From an uncultured virus (IMG/VR IMGVR_UViG_3300037963_002079) (Duplodnaviria; Heunggongvirae; Uroviricota; Caudoviricetes): 64,000 bases of DNA. Below are positions 39,901 to 50,569 of the stretch, in pieces. The notes under the pieces were generated by a model that was given only the letters and a program-made list of their open reading frames with translations, was not told the origin of the DNA and did not search any database. Both the position numbers and the translations under genes were made by a program. The stretch is taken from the IMG/VR virus record IMGVR_UViG_3300037963_002079. One strand, 5' to 3'. Position 1 is the first letter of the stretch; every line of letters starts with the position of its first letter.

Positions 39901-40680
39901 CGGGATGTCGTTATTATCTACACGAGTTTTTGCGTCTTCAGATAACTTATCTATATCTATATATATTTCATCTTTTAAACCTTTATTATAATCGTGGTCA
40001 TCAGCATTTTGTTCTATATTTTCTTTGTACTCTGGTGTTGAGTTATATTCATTGGTTGTAAATTGTTCATCGTTTTGTCCCCAATATCCTGTACCCTCAT
40101 AAACATCTTTGTAAGCACCATACCCATCGTCCATTGTTCTATTGAGGTTTTTTCTTTCACCAAAATTTTCATCATAATCAGTTCTTATTTTTGTTTTGCC
40201 CTGTCTACGTATTGAGTTTCCATCTTTTGTTTGAACCTCAATATGTAAATGGTCGGAAATTACCCTCCTACCTCCTTTTCCACTGTTTGGAACATTATAC
40301 TCATCAAAAACCATGATATTGTGTTTTTTACACCATACCTCTGCTTTTGGAGATAATTTCCAATTTTTCATATCTTTTGAATTGAAATTATCCTTATCAA
40401 ATTGTATTAAAGGTGGGTCAGCGTTTGGGTCGTTAAATAAAAACTCAAAAAATGCACTGTTATCACTATGCACTAAATCAAAAGCTGCGCCTGTACTATG
40501 CGCGCTGTGTATCCATCTTGACCTGTCTCCCCTTTCTACCCTTCGTAGACTTGTTACGCTAATATCTATTCCATAAGCTAATAAGTCTTTTAGAGCCTCA
40601 GCTAATTCTGGTCTGACAACTCTTTCAGTGTCACCAGAATACTTTTCAGTTATTTTACCTGACTTTTTCTTTTCTGCCAT
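36940..40680 (-). CDS. virion cargo protein with N-terminal M15-like peptidase domain
   Basis: TSLRR...SAHSTGAAFD...DHLHIE; long acidic middle; helical C-terminus. Confidence 0.7.
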   Translation of the reverse strand: MAEKKKSGKITEKYSGDTERVVRPELAEALKDLLAYGIDISVTSLRRVERGDRSRWIHSAHSTGAAFDLVHSDNSAFFEFLFNDPNADPPLIQFDKDNFNSKDMKNWKLSPKAEVWCKKHNIMVFDEYNVPNSGKGGRRVISDHLHIEVQTKDGNSIRRQGKTKIRTDYDENFGERKNLNRTMDDGYGAYKDVYEGTGYWGQNDEQFTTNEYNSTPEYKENIEQNADDHDYNKGLKDEIYIDIDKLSEDAKTRVDNNDIPTFESTPTNTHELVLDTYTDERGSNLLPSIISDLESKGYKVETRKDKNGKLNQDVIYFENEEDANKARDYVRNQVTYDGSLDVYTQKIQTTTQQPTDETTTPETTTPETTNNQITIVVENNRDFEENPITKEEVQNVVNYQRDSDQLKQDFKDGKLPYNSLFIIDGVLYKKGFDDSVHEYDRESRTFDDQRQFPTVIDDLEFDELPVPTPEDPGDAIKEFENRGKSRENEDVEEIIEPEEEFPEPISKPNRTDYPLDPNKKSEGRFNPLTKGKTYNEALEEYNKQEAERKEREERVKRETTTVTPSDTDENRNIIAEDDSDNEFLTNELNKIAEEAGSNKRLENNKVVTVEEDEKQETKETEETEETVISIEEVVKNDYMNDKGYTSEDQLTEEDKQFIQAELENASLDEEAVKKQVQDKIRGDTYLQEKYQGMDINDIIMSPTFGNDFADIYDNIVVGDTEQKTVENETTGTVETTGDTETTEFEGERYGDSEREILDYIFQASDEDLDKLKQLKKDRNFITKNKVGNDKILKAADEDTAGSGKVTSEQYYELDSSLRNDYTEVIDWNTGESFYIRTDWINRSEGQRANDLRRKRESGSITAEEIEELEKLDTGYHIRDVLTRADVYMNTKGHPGGQTKQYTGGLEEVNQFINNRRTLIIETGKDPEIQLSPEQTEIYNKVIDENYDESNLETDFEIFYNQPIVYRTQIVDEDGRITYEGDEFLTTPSDVTTTVTGPPTTDTDKQQIPPVVTREDVRTLGDIGQEVLKGTMAAARGVLDAFGGPDALVSAVMGKKALGVAMQDLNPQEKAKLSPMFNEQLRQSKELTKRGFHPSQERKIRKDISQAYNQGLDNAVRGTAGDRAKFLATSGILDRNRASALLEFAALDSQQQIANQDRYNQLLQFKETFDAQQKESLRSENLELALANKKAASQFAGIALGDTMSRLSDLADNEINRALKNEMFNRYNYMFNTDKTNPYLTSTINPE
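39578..39614. repeat. 15-nt tandem repeat encoding ETTTP
   Basis: gtttcaggtgtagta twice plus a partial third copy. Confidence 0.8.
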
Positions 40681-41911
40681 TATGAATACATATTATTTTT
40701 TTTCCACTTTTTTATATTCTTCATTGCCACCTTTGCAATTTGTTTATCTGACATATCTTCTTTAAACTGGTCAGTAGCATGGTCATATATACCAGCTCCA
40801 TCACCTACTTTGAATTTTAATGGTCCACCTCCAGCATATATAGTACCGTCTGATGTAACAGGCATCGGATTGTTTTTGTGTGACTCTTCACCAGGTGTAA
40901 TCATTCCACCTTTCATAGCTTTTCTTATTGGTCCAGCCGCTTTCTTAAANNNNNNNNNNTATCCTGGTCATTTACTATCAATTCGTTTCCAGTAAACTCT
41001 GCTGTAATATTATTCAATTTTTTACCACCAGTATTATACATATATCCTCCATACATAGTATTTCCAACATCACCTCTAGACGCCATTTGGTTATTTGATA
41101 TACGTCTTCTTTGTTCATCTACAAGATTTTCATATCTACTTTGAACATCACCCTGCGCACTAGCTTCTTCTTTTTGTTTTCTTCTTGACCTTCCTTTTCT
41201 AAATAAATACCCTAACCCTGCCGCTACTAAAGGAACATATGGAGCGGCTGCCATTAATGCTGGGTTTGAAGTTAAACCTAATAAAGATGAAGCTTTTGCT
41301 CCTGTCATGTAATCTCCTATACCCATACCTATAGCTTCTTTTGTATCGTAAGTATATGGATTGTTATCACTTGCTAAACCATAAGCTATAGCCGCTATAG
41401 CTCCAGTGTTACTAGGGTTTATTATACCCTCAGGATTCAATCCTGGTATATTATATGATACAACATCTTTCGCTGTATACATATCAAGTGGATTTACTGT
41501 TGCAGCTGTTTCCGTTGCTGCATATGGGCCTGTAAATCCTTGTGTCGCAATTTCAGTATATTCTTTTCCTACATTATACAATGGGTTATTTGGATTTAAT
41601 GGTACATTTACTTTTGTTTGTCCTCCAATTTTTTCTGCTATATTTTGTATGCCTTCACTTTCAGTTATTTTATCCAATCTACCTATGTTTTCATAAGCTG
41701 ACATAGCTCTATCTACATTTGTAGGCTCTGTATACATGTCACTCGTAATCATAGGATTCATCTGAGCTTCTTCTGTTCTAGCTTGAGAAAGAGCATCTGT
41801 TGCTCCCTCGTCCATATATGCTGATGAAGAAAATGGATTGGTAGGTTGATATTGTCTTGTGACTCTATTCCTATCTTGGTATTGTCTTAGTATATCTACG
41901 TAACTTGGCAT
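40680..41911 (-). CDS. virion cargo protein split by an assembly gap
   Basis: Frame is open on both sides of the N-run: ...EFTGNELIVNDQD [gap] FKKAAGPIRKAMKGGMITPGEESH... Confidence 0.7.
40950..40959. other. scaffold gap (N10)
   Basis: Ten N bases. Confidence 1.
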
Positions 41912-41916
41912 AATTA

Positions 41917-44900
41917 TTAATTAAATGATTGTCTATACTTTGCAAGTATTGCAAAGATATTAAATTTTTCGGTACTTTTAGTACTGTATTTTATATTTAC
42001 ATATGTTCCTCTCATTCTTGGTAAATTTCTTTGTGCTTGTCTAAGCGGAAATCTTAACACCCCCTCTCTATATTTTACTGAAGTATCTGTACCTAATATA
42101 AGTTGTTGAGCAGTTATTTCTGTATTGAAATCTATTGTACTGTCATCTATAGTTTGATTTGTACCAATCATTATAATTCTACAATTATCAAACACTTTAC
42201 TTATTTGTGGAGCTTCTGCAATAGTTTTTAATATATAACTTTCTTCAACTTTTGTCGTGTCTGTATCCTCAAAGAACAATGTCTTATAGTCACTAACGTG
42301 GTCGTCCCATTTCCATAAAGATAAAAAGTCTTTATCATAAACACCCAGTGCGTTTGCAGCATTATCAACTAAACTAACATTTGCTTTTGCTGTTACTAAA
42401 TATCCTCCAATTTCATACCACTTTCTAGGGGTGTGACTATAATAAGATGAAAAAGCGTTTAAAGCTTCACTAAAAACTATTGTTTTAGATTTTGTATTAA
42501 AAGTATGTTGGTTTCCTAAATTATCATATGATGTTTTTCTAGAAGTATATCTTGCATTTGTATTATCTTTTTCTAAAGTAGAACTATGTAATGTTATTAT
42601 AAGTTCATTATTTTTATAATCAAAAGCGCTGGTTATACCATTGTATTTCAAATGATTATCACAGAAAAAGTTTCTTCCAAATTTATCTGTGTCAGCTAAC
42701 GCTCCGTATCCTGGTATGCTTGATGACTCTAAATTATTGTCAGTTATAGTTTTCTTAAAAAAATCTCTTTGTCCTAAAGTGTCTGACAATATATTTAAGG
42801 ACTCACCATTAAAAGCTAAAAGTTTGCCATAATTATTGTCTACAAAATACAAATTGTTTTGCGAGGCTACAACACTGTCCATGTGTCTTGTACCAAACTT
42901 AGTAGATATATATAAATGATTTTCAATAGTATCCCCTGTTCCTACATTAATGGTAGTACCTAAATCATCTTTTATCATAGATATTGGATTTACTAAAAGT
43001 TTAGATATAGACGATTCTTGTAATACATACAACTCGTTTCTAAAGTTCACTAGTCTAGTTATCTCACCATATGAACTTTCCATATCGTGAAAATTCGCCC
43101 ATTCAAATACTCTAAAAGAATCTTCTTTTTCTCCTGATATTTTTGTATTACTATATGCTATTTCGTATCTTAAATCCAAAGACTTACATATCTCATCTTC
43201 ATTTACCATGATAGCTGATTTAAGGTTGTTTTGTTGTGAGTATACATCATTATATTGCCACTCATTAGTAACGAATTGACCATCTGATGTACTTTCATTT
43301 CCTGTATTTACATCACCAGCTGATAGGTGTCTACCCATTCTCATGTCTGTGTTTGTTTCAGATTCTACAGGAAATATTTGCCATCTTGCAGCAGAATTGC
43401 CTTCATATACACAAGCTGTTTTTTGATGGGTATAAAATGTTATATACGTGTCTCCACCATAAACAGAAGATAAATGAGCTTCATCTGAACTTCCAGAACT
43501 ATCTTTTGTTATTGGATGAAAATTACCACAAGGTATAAACCTAGTGTTTTCTATTGCTGATTTTGAATCTCCTCCATATGGCGTTACATTACGTACAATA
43601 CTACATAAAAATTTAAATGGTATATAACTTCTATTTCCATATTCTCCTTTCAGTTCGTTCGCATTGCCATTTGGATTTCCTAAAGCAGATTGCCAAAGTG
43701 TTGGTTTTTCTATAGTAGCAGTTGAATTTTGACCATCTGTACCTCTCGAATGCCAATTTCTATTTTCTAAAACTGCTGATAAATTTCTGGGATTTAATAA
43801 TCCCCTTTTGTTACCTGTGTGTCCTCCGTCACCATCTATTTGTAAAACTATACTCCTTAACCCCTGCTGTATCGTAGACATGGTGTCATATGTATAGTCC
43901 GCATTTTTTACATCACTAGGTGGGGTTGTAAGATTTCCATATATGTGAGCAAATTTTACTGACCACCCAGCTGTTTTATACGAACCGTCAAGAAAAGATA
44001 GACTATTCTCGTTTTGTAATTTTCTACCCCACTGACAGTATCCTAAAGTATTGTTTGAAAATCCGCTTAATCTTCCTAAATCGAATCCTGAAACTCCCGA
44101 TTTAAAATAAGAATTAGATAATATTTCTCCATCTCCAATCTCTTTTGCAGCTAAAATATCTAAAGTGTACTTATCATGATGTTGTGACGGTCTATATCCT
44201 GTATCACCTCTACTTGTTGCAGAAGAAGCATGTGCACCTGAGGTATATATATTACCTCCATCTACCGACATTCCTATTCCATAATACGTATCGTAGATAT
44301 AATACTTACCGTATAGAGCAAAGTTTTTTTCTCGACCATCTTCACTTCTCATATCACTATACTTGATAGCACTTGTTCTACCAGTTACTTTCAAATCATG
44401 CTCATCGTGTTCAGCTGACCCACTAACTGTAGTTAAAGCGTCATCCTGTACAACATCAATGTTTGGACCCGTAAAAGAAGATGGTGGCGGAGATGGGTCC
44501 GTTGGTGAGGATTCTGGAACATTATTACCACTGTGATTTCTATATCCAAAAGGATAAGTACCTCCAGCATTATTTTGTTGATTGGAGTCTGTTCTATTAT
44601 CATAGACCAACTTCATTACAGCGTCTATTCTTATTTGGTCTCCCGACCTATAATTATATGGATTCATACCAAATGCACTATCTGGACTGTCTAATGTAAA
44701 TATACTTCCCTGTACAGGCAGAGAGATACCTCCCTGACTTACATGTTCAGGGTAAGTTGTAGTGTTACCAGTGCCATCTACACCAGCTTCTAAATTTAAA
44801 ACTTTCTGATAGTCAGTATTAGGTATAACTTCGTAACTACCAAAGTAAGCGCTATGTCTTCTCTGTTTATGTTGTGTACCTGGTGTTCTAGTGTCTCCTG

Positions 44901-47634
44901 AATTAAACTTAGTATAGTCTGAATCACGATGGTAAACCATCGCGCCACCCGTTCCATGTACACTGGCTTCTTCATAGTCACTTTTACCAAATACATTGTT
45001 ATCCTGGTCAGCTCCTGTTATAAGTTTTGTTCCCTCACTATAATTTACTTCCTGTCTTGCATAATTAGAATTTTCAGCTAAACCTATGTACCCATTTAAA
45101 TAACTGTCATAATTGAGATGTTTTGTAGGTTCACTATTATCATCATTTGCTATAGCGTCCGTTCCGTCTGCATGATGTTCACTTTTTATTTTTGACATTT
45201 GGTCGTAACCACGGCTTAATTTTGTATGACCATATGCAATTGTTTGATTTAAAATTCCTTGTTGTATTATACTTTTATCTGAACTAGTTCGCTCAGCTCT
45301 AACAACTCTAAATCCTGAAATTTTATCTCTTACATCTTCTGGTATTCTAAATTCAAAGTTTACGTACAGGTCTAGCGCGTAATGCGTGTCATCATGTCCA
45401 GTCATCGACTGTCTAAAAGTAAATTCTTTTGGCCTTGCACTATTTGAAACACTCGCTTGGGCAGCTATAGTTTTTGGTGTAGGCACTGATATATCTCCAT
45501 GTGTAGAACTACCATTTAAATTAACATATGTTTCATGCAAATCTACACCACCTCCACTATTGGTAATTGTGTTTGGTGATATATTTATATCATTATAATT
45601 TGTTCCATATGTTAATTGAGCGCCTGGTGTTTGAAATCTTTTTGTATAATTGTTTGCTTTAGTAAGCCACGCTACCTCACAACCTGGTACTACTGAACCA
45701 TAAATAAAACTTGTTCTGTGGTCCTGTGCATACTTCGAGGATTTTAACAAACTGTTACTTAGTAAATCTGAGGTAGAAAGGTCTGGAGAATACGTACTTG
45801 CATTAGTCCTTAACATTCTTAATGGGTCGTATTGTTCTGGCATTTCTATATCACCTATCCATAAGACGTTTCCTGGCCTCCCCTTTTTATCATATATTTG
45901 TACACCAAATCTATATAATTCTCCTCTTCTGTATCCCACTCTGTCTCCTATAGCTGGGTCTTTAGAGCCACCAAGATTTATACTTGATTGATACACATTA
46001 TCTGTATTATTTGTACCTCCATCGGTTATATTGTCTGTTTGTATATCTTGATACGACCCCGCATTTATAAAAGGAATTTTATTTGTATTATTTTGACTAT
46101 CTAACTCTCTTTCTCGTATACCAAAAGTTATTCTACATCCACCAAGTTCATTAGAATCATAATTATAACTTTCAGCTCCCAAAGTTATACCATCACTTAA
46201 ATATCTAAATTCGTGTGATTGTTTTTTTTGCACATCTACACGACCATCATCTCTTATATTAGAGTTTGTACTTATCGAACCTTGACCTTTGTATGTTCTC
46301 CATTTCGGACTACCATCATCCCATGTCTGTCCTAATGAAGGTGTAACTTCAGTTACTACACCACTAGTTTTTTGATATTCTTTTATATCTGAATCTGTTG
46401 TTGTTATTCTACCTACATTTCCTGAACCACTTGGTTCTACAACATTATACCTCCTAACTTTAACATTCCATTCTCTTTCAGATATGGAGTTGTCTCTTGT
46501 TCTTAAATTACCAGCAAATAAAATATTATCCTTAATAGCTATATCTTTTGTTACATCCCAAGTATTATTTTCTATTAATATAGCGTCTATACCGTTTTCT
46601 AAATCTCCACTCCAATTAGTATGTGAAAATGTAACCTCAGTAGAATTAGGTTGATAGTTTTGTACTGAAACAAATGCGACACGTATACCACCATTATTTT
46701 GTTCATGTAATATAGCGTATAGTTCAATAGCATCAAAACTATCGTCTAAGTCATATATAGTTATTTCGAAACCCTGAGCTCCGACATCTACCGCTGGGTC
46801 ACCTGATGGCGCTCCGTAGAAACCAGAGTATGTACCAGACTTATTTGTTGTGTGGTATAAATTACTGAATGGACTCATTACAGATTCTCCACCATTCCTA
46901 GACACATATTTATAACAATACTGTATTTTACCTATTGGTAAACTTCCAGACAATGTTCTTTCAATCACAGGCTGTGATGGACTATGCATTGGTGTTAAAT
47001 CTAAAACATCTGGTGACAATAAATTTTTACCTCTTTGATTTATATTTAGAGAACGCAAAGGATTTATGTTGTCTGTCCAATATATTCTAGATATACATTC
47101 GTTTTCTATTAAACCCTCCACTCTTACTGGGTGGTCTAATCTCATGTTCAATCTAGGATACCGACTCACATTTTGATGGTCGTAACAAACATATAAGTCT
47201 GTAACTGATTCTACCTCTAAATTTGCATTAAATTTTACATCTAAAAATATAGTTTCTGTTACTGCATCCCAATCGTAATTACTTACAGTTTTCAGTACAA
47301 TAAAAATTACATTAGAACTATAAGAATAGTGTCCAACTATAGAAGCGTCGTGACCACTAAATGTATTTACTGTTTGGTTTGGACCAATTTCATTATTATT
47401 TGAATCTAAAGTTTTAGGGTCTTTGTATATAGTAATATCTGTTAAATCTAAAAACTTTTTGTTACCCTCTATATTTTCTACACTAAATGTATTACCTTCA
47501 TCATTAATTATACGAATATTTAAAGCGTCCCTATAACTACCCTTTGGTTGAAACCTAGGATTTGCATCTGACACCATACCACCTGTAAAAGCTTGTGGTT
47601 GTGATACAGGTTTATTACCTCTTTGTTCTGCCAT
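41917..47634 (-). CDS. tail stabilization / muzzle protein (crAss-type)
   Basis: FTGGMVSD...YRDALNIR, RIYWTDNINPLR, GYRRGELYRFGV, YGGDTY, YGEITRL, KYREG motifs. Confidence 0.85.
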   Translation of the reverse strand: MAEQRGNKPVSQPQAFTGGMVSDANPRFQPKGSYRDALNIRIINDEGNTFSVENIEGNKKFLDLTDITIYKDPKTLDSNNNEIGPNQTVNTFSGHDASIVGHYSYSSNVIFIVLKTVSNYDWDAVTETIFLDVKFNANLEVESVTDLYVCYDHQNVSRYPRLNMRLDHPVRVEGLIENECISRIYWTDNINPLRSLNINQRGKNLLSPDVLDLTPMHSPSQPVIERTLSGSLPIGKIQYCYKYVSRNGGESVMSPFSNLYHTTNKSGTYSGFYGAPSGDPAVDVGAQGFEITIYDLDDSFDAIELYAILHEQNNGGIRVAFVSVQNYQPNSTEVTFSHTNWSGDLENGIDAILIENNTWDVTKDIAIKDNILFAGNLRTRDNSISEREWNVKVRRYNVVEPSGSGNVGRITTTDSDIKEYQKTSGVVTEVTPSLGQTWDDGSPKWRTYKGQGSISTNSNIRDDGRVDVQKKQSHEFRYLSDGITLGAESYNYDSNELGGCRITFGIRERELDSQNNTNKIPFINAGSYQDIQTDNITDGGTNNTDNVYQSSINLGGSKDPAIGDRVGYRRGELYRFGVQIYDKKGRPGNVLWIGDIEMPEQYDPLRMLRTNASTYSPDLSTSDLLSNSLLKSSKYAQDHRTSFIYGSVVPGCEVAWLTKANNYTKRFQTPGAQLTYGTNYNDINISPNTITNSGGGVDLHETYVNLNGSSTHGDISVPTPKTIAAQASVSNSARPKEFTFRQSMTGHDDTHYALDLYVNFEFRIPEDVRDKISGFRVVRAERTSSDKSIIQQGILNQTIAYGHTKLSRGYDQMSKIKSEHHADGTDAIANDDNSEPTKHLNYDSYLNGYIGLAENSNYARQEVNYSEGTKLITGADQDNNVFGKSDYEEASVHGTGGAMVYHRDSDYTKFNSGDTRTPGTQHKQRRHSAYFGSYEVIPNTDYQKVLNLEAGVDGTGNTTTYPEHVSQGGISLPVQGSIFTLDSPDSAFGMNPYNYRSGDQIRIDAVMKLVYDNRTDSNQQNNAGGTYPFGYRNHSGNNVPESSPTDPSPPPSSFTGPNIDVVQDDALTTVSGSAEHDEHDLKVTGRTSAIKYSDMRSEDGREKNFALYGKYYIYDTYYGIGMSVDGGNIYTSGAHASSATSRGDTGYRPSQHHDKYTLDILAAKEIGDGEILSNSYFKSGVSGFDLGRLSGFSNNTLGYCQWGRKLQNENSLSFLDGSYKTAGWSVKFAHIYGNLTTPPSDVKNADYTYDTMSTIQQGLRSIVLQIDGDGGHTGNKRGLLNPRNLSAVLENRNWHSRGTDGQNSTATIEKPTLWQSALGNPNGNANELKGEYGNRSYIPFKFLCSIVRNVTPYGGDSKSAIENTRFIPCGNFHPITKDSSGSSDEAHLSSVYGGDTYITFYTHQKTACVYEGNSAARWQIFPVESETNTDMRMGRHLSAGDVNTGNESTSDGQFVTNEWQYNDVYSQQNNLKSAIMVNEDEICKSLDLRYEIAYSNTKISGEKEDSFRVFEWANFHDMESSYGEITRLVNFRNELYVLQESSISKLLVNPISMIKDDLGTTINVGTGDTIENHLYISTKFGTRHMDSVVASQNNLYFVDNNYGKLLAFNGESLNILSDTLGQRDFFKKTITDNNLESSSIPGYGALADTDKFGRNFFCDNHLKYNGITSAFDYKNNELIITLHSSTLEKDNTNARYTSRKTSYDNLGNQHTFNTKSKTIVFSEALNAFSSYYSHTPRKWYEIGGYLVTAKANVSLVDNAANALGVYDKDFLSLWKWDDHVSDYKTLFFEDTDTTKVEESYILKTIAEAPQISKVFDNCRIIMIGTNQTIDDSTIDFNTEITAQQLILGTDTSVKYREGVLRFPLRQAQRNLPRMRGTYVNIKYSTKSTEKFNIFAILAKYRQSFN
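41952..41959 (-). promoter_or_regulatory. TAnnTTTG -7 element upstream of the cargo/RNAP operon
   Basis: TATCTTTG about 40 nt upstream of the ATG at 41911, inside the 3' end of the tail gene. Confidence 0.45.
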
Positions 47635-47636
47635 TT

Positions 47637-48713
47637 TTAAAAGTCAATTAATCCTCTATTGTTATTCAATGGAACTAATGTATTCCATATTCTACCAATT
47701 TGTTTTAGTTCTTCTGATGTCGGCATATTATCATCACCTCTTGCTTTACTACATAAAAAATACCACCTTTTTTCTATTTCTTTTACAATATACATAGGTA
47801 ATTGTCCATTTATAAATTCTATGTTTTTATATTGCCACATTATATATTGTGCTACAGCAGTAGCGTGACTTTCTTTAATCATGGGAAAACCATTAGAATC
47901 TGTAGGATACGCAGAATATACTATTGTTATTTCTATAAACTCATCATGTTGTACATTAAGTCTATTACCCCTAACATAGTATCTAAGGGACTTTTGGTCT
48001 GTTTCATCGTCATTCATACCAACTCTACCTTTATGTACAGCTGTGGGTTTAAATAACTCTCTGTGTTTATGTTTTGTGTCTCCTTTACCTACACGTACGC
48101 CTAGTAATTTTACTAAATTGTCTGGTAATCTTAATTGTTGATTTGCATATATTCCTTTACCTCCTGTTAAATGACTACCACTACATTTTGCATTTACCTC
48201 ATTAGAAGATAAGGTAAACTTATTACCATGTAATCCTACTTCGTCTGCTGTAATAGTAAGTGTAGTTGAATCTACTGTATATGTACAATTTTCTAACAGA
48301 TTTGCATATACAAGACCTGGTGAACTTGCTGTATTAGTTGTAGTCGTACCATTTAACTCTGCAGCTAACTCTGTTAAGGTTTCTGCTAATGTAGATTGTA
48401 TACGTACCGTGTTAGTTTCGTTTTGTTGATTTAAATTTGTTGCAGGAGTACCACCATCTCTAAAAAATATTGTAACTCCATTAAGCGTTATACTGTCCCC
48501 ATATGATGGATTAGCTGTAAATGTGATAGTACCTGTAGCCGCTTCACCTGTAGCTGTAAATGTAGACTCGATTTCTTCAAAAGTATCTCTACTACCTATA
48601 AGTAATTCTGCTTCGAAAGCCCATTCCACCCAACTGTTGATGTGTGAACTGTAATCTTTTAATCCTAAGTTACGTGCTACTGTATTATATATTCTTTCTA
48701 TATGTACGTACAT
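47637..48713 (-). CDS. tail ring/tubular protein with inserted beta domain
   Basis: EWAFEA N-terminus, YSAYPTDSNGFPMI...AVAQYI C-terminus, Thr-rich insertion. Confidence 0.65.
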   Translation of the reverse strand: MYVHIERIYNTVARNLGLKDYSSHINSWVEWAFEAELLIGSRDTFEEIESTFTATGEAATGTITFTANPSYGDSITLNGVTIFFRDGGTPATNLNQQNETNTVRIQSTLAETLTELAAELNGTTTTNTASSPGLVYANLLENCTYTVDSTTLTITADEVGLHGNKFTLSSNEVNAKCSGSHLTGGKGIYANQQLRLPDNLVKLLGVRVGKGDTKHKHRELFKPTAVHKGRVGMNDDETDQKSLRYYVRGNRLNVQHDEFIEITIVYSAYPTDSNGFPMIKESHATAVAQYIMWQYKNIEFINGQLPMYIVKEIEKRWYFLCSKARGDDNMPTSEELKQIGRIWNTLVPLNNNRGLIDF

Positions 48714-48717
48714 AATT

Positions 48718-49179
48718 TTATACTGACGCTATAAATACTTCTAATTGATGACCAGCCACTCCTTTTACTTTTAATGCAGTAGCATTGTCTAATGTCGAAC
48801 CTCCGTTACCACCTTCTACCGTAGTTCCTGTATACATAATACTTGTAGCTGGAGCTAGTGATGTGTAAGCTGCGTCTGAATCTTCATCATCTAATCCAAC
48901 TTGTAAAGCGTCTGTTCCGTCTAAATTAGTAACTCTTATATATTTTACATCTGCTCTTTTAAATGTTCCTACAGATTCTGCAGAACCAAATGTTGCAACT
49001 TCAGTTAGATTTGTGTTTGCTAGTTTTAATACTCTTTTAGAAACATTAGCTATTGAAGCAAATGTATGTGTGCATGTTTGTGCAAAGTCTCTATCATTAC
49101 CAGAAACATCATGTCCAACTGATAAGGCTTCTGTTATTGTAACTGTTAGGGTGCCTGCATTTACATCAGTATCTGCCAT
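48718..49179 (-). CDS. small beta-rich virion protein
   Basis: VKYIRVTNLD motif. Confidence 0.6.
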   Translation of the reverse strand: MADTDVNAGTLTVTITEALSVGHDVSGNDRDFAQTCTHTFASIANVSKRVLKLANTNLTEVATFGSAESVGTFKRADVKYIRVTNLDGTDALQVGLDDEDSDAAYTSLAPATSIMYTGTTVEGGNGGSTLDNATALKVKGVAGHQLEVFIASV

Positions 49180-49185
49180 AATTTT

Positions 49186-49581
49186 TTATTTTAAATTATT
49201 AATTACTCTTTTATATATACCTAGTGGCATTATCTTACAATTCTTATATTGTTTAGGTCTTACCCATACAAGTTTATGATAAAAATCGTCTAGTATAGGA
49301 ACCTTATATTTTACTAACTCCCCTTTCTCTTTACTTGCTTTCTGGTCCACGCGCACGTGAAAAGCTCTTTTATGTTTTCTTTTGTCTAAATATACATAAC
49401 CCATTTTATTAGGTAAATATATTTTATCTTCTTTTACAACTAAATCTCTCAATACTATTTCAAAATATCTTTTTACTATTTTGTAAAATGTACTGTAATC
49501 TATTTTCTTTATTAATTTATCTCTAACATTCTTGTACATTTCTCGTACTTGAACATACTTGTGTTTATATTTACTGCTCAT
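49186..49581 (-). CDS. crAss-type IHF/HU-like basic protein
   Basis: FYKIVKRYFEIVLRDLV...IYLPNKMGYVYL; position among tail genes. Confidence 0.55.
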   Translation of the reverse strand: MSSKYKHKYVQVREMYKNVRDKLIKKIDYSTFYKIVKRYFEIVLRDLVVKEDKIYLPNKMGYVYLDKRKHKRAFHVRVDQKASKEKGELVKYKVPILDDFYHKLVWVRPKQYKNCKIMPLGIYKRVINNLK

Positions 49582-50452
49582 TACCTATCTTTATTTTTGT
49601 TGTATCCACATTGTCTTCTACTAAATCATTAGGTGTTTTTAATACAAGATTCATTTCTACTTCTGCTACTCTTGAATTTAACAATGGTATATCTTCCTCG
49701 GCTATCGGATAGTAACTACTACTATGACTAAAGTTTTCGTATGTCGTTACACCACTAGATACACTTTGTACTTTTTTTGCTTGTGTTGGGTCTGTTAATA
49801 TACCCCAAACATCAACCCAATAATCGTATATGTTTGTATTGTTATTTTCTACAACCTGATACCTTAATCCTGATATTTCTAAATTTAAATTATTGAGGTC
49901 TGTATACAATACGGCGTATGGTTCTAAAGTTTTTGTAAATTTATTAGCCCATGCAAATTTTACATCATCTTTTGATTTTATAGTTAGTTTTTTCCAACCA
50001 GTCCACCTACCAAATGTAGTAGAACCACCTGATGAACTTATTACTCTTTTTCTTAATCTAATATCTGTTACACCATCTATATTTCCTACATTTATAGTAC
50101 TTGGTATAGCTAGGTGTTTAGAAAATGTATTAAACTGTTTACCTTCATTCCAGTCTACACCATTATAATCATTCAAAGCAAAACCATAACTATCTTCTAC
50201 AGAATTTGATAAAGAAGATTGATTACCATATAACTCGTCTTTATCTGAATATTCTATTCTTTCTGACGCTATAGGTTGTATGTATCTTCTGTCTATAGGT
50301 TGTCTCGATTTTAATTTTTCCTCTATTATTTTTGCTCTATGATAATGTACCCAATATTTTATTTGTCTTGTGTCTATGTTGTTTTCCAACTTCTCGTCAC
50401 CACCAGACATTAATTCTTTAATATTGTATGCTATTTCGTTTAATGTTGCCAT
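49571..50452 (-). CDS. tail ring protein
   Basis: TLNEIAYNI...RQIKYWVHYHRAKII, ILTDP and YPI motifs. Confidence 0.65.
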   Translation of the reverse strand: MATLNEIAYNIKELMSGGDEKLENNIDTRQIKYWVHYHRAKIIEEKLKSRQPIDRRYIQPIASERIEYSDKDELYGNQSSLSNSVEDSYGFALNDYNGVDWNEGKQFNTFSKHLAIPSTINVGNIDGVTDIRLRKRVISSSGGSTTFGRWTGWKKLTIKSKDDVKFAWANKFTKTLEPYAVLYTDLNNLNLEISGLRYQVVENNNTNIYDYWVDVWGILTDPTQAKKVQSVSSGVTTYENFSHSSSYYPIAEEDIPLLNSRVAEVEMNLVLKTPNDLVEDNVDTTKIKIGNEQ

Positions 50453-50468
50453 ATGTGTATATTATTTA

Positions 50469-50476
50469 CAAAATTA
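50469..50476 (-). promoter_or_regulatory. TAnnTTTG -7 promoter element
   Basis: TAATTTTG just downstream of a terminator and upstream of the ATG at 50452. Confidence 0.65.
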
Positions 50477-50489
50477 CAAATTTTATCTC

Positions 50490-50567
50490 AATAAACAGAA
50501 ATAGGCCCTCACAAATTAATGTTTAGACCTATTTCCTTTGCACAGGGAGCAAAATATTTTTACCCTG
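50490..50567 (-). terminator. two hairpins ending the capsid operon
   Basis: caggg/ccctg and gaaatagg/cctatttc stems followed by tgtttatt. Confidence 0.55.
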
Positions 50568-50569
50568 AA

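Noticed and set aside
50535..50553. Similarity of tttgcacagggagcaaaa to the - strand leader near 55812-55830
   Set aside because: Short, gapped and in opposite orientation; consistent with chance
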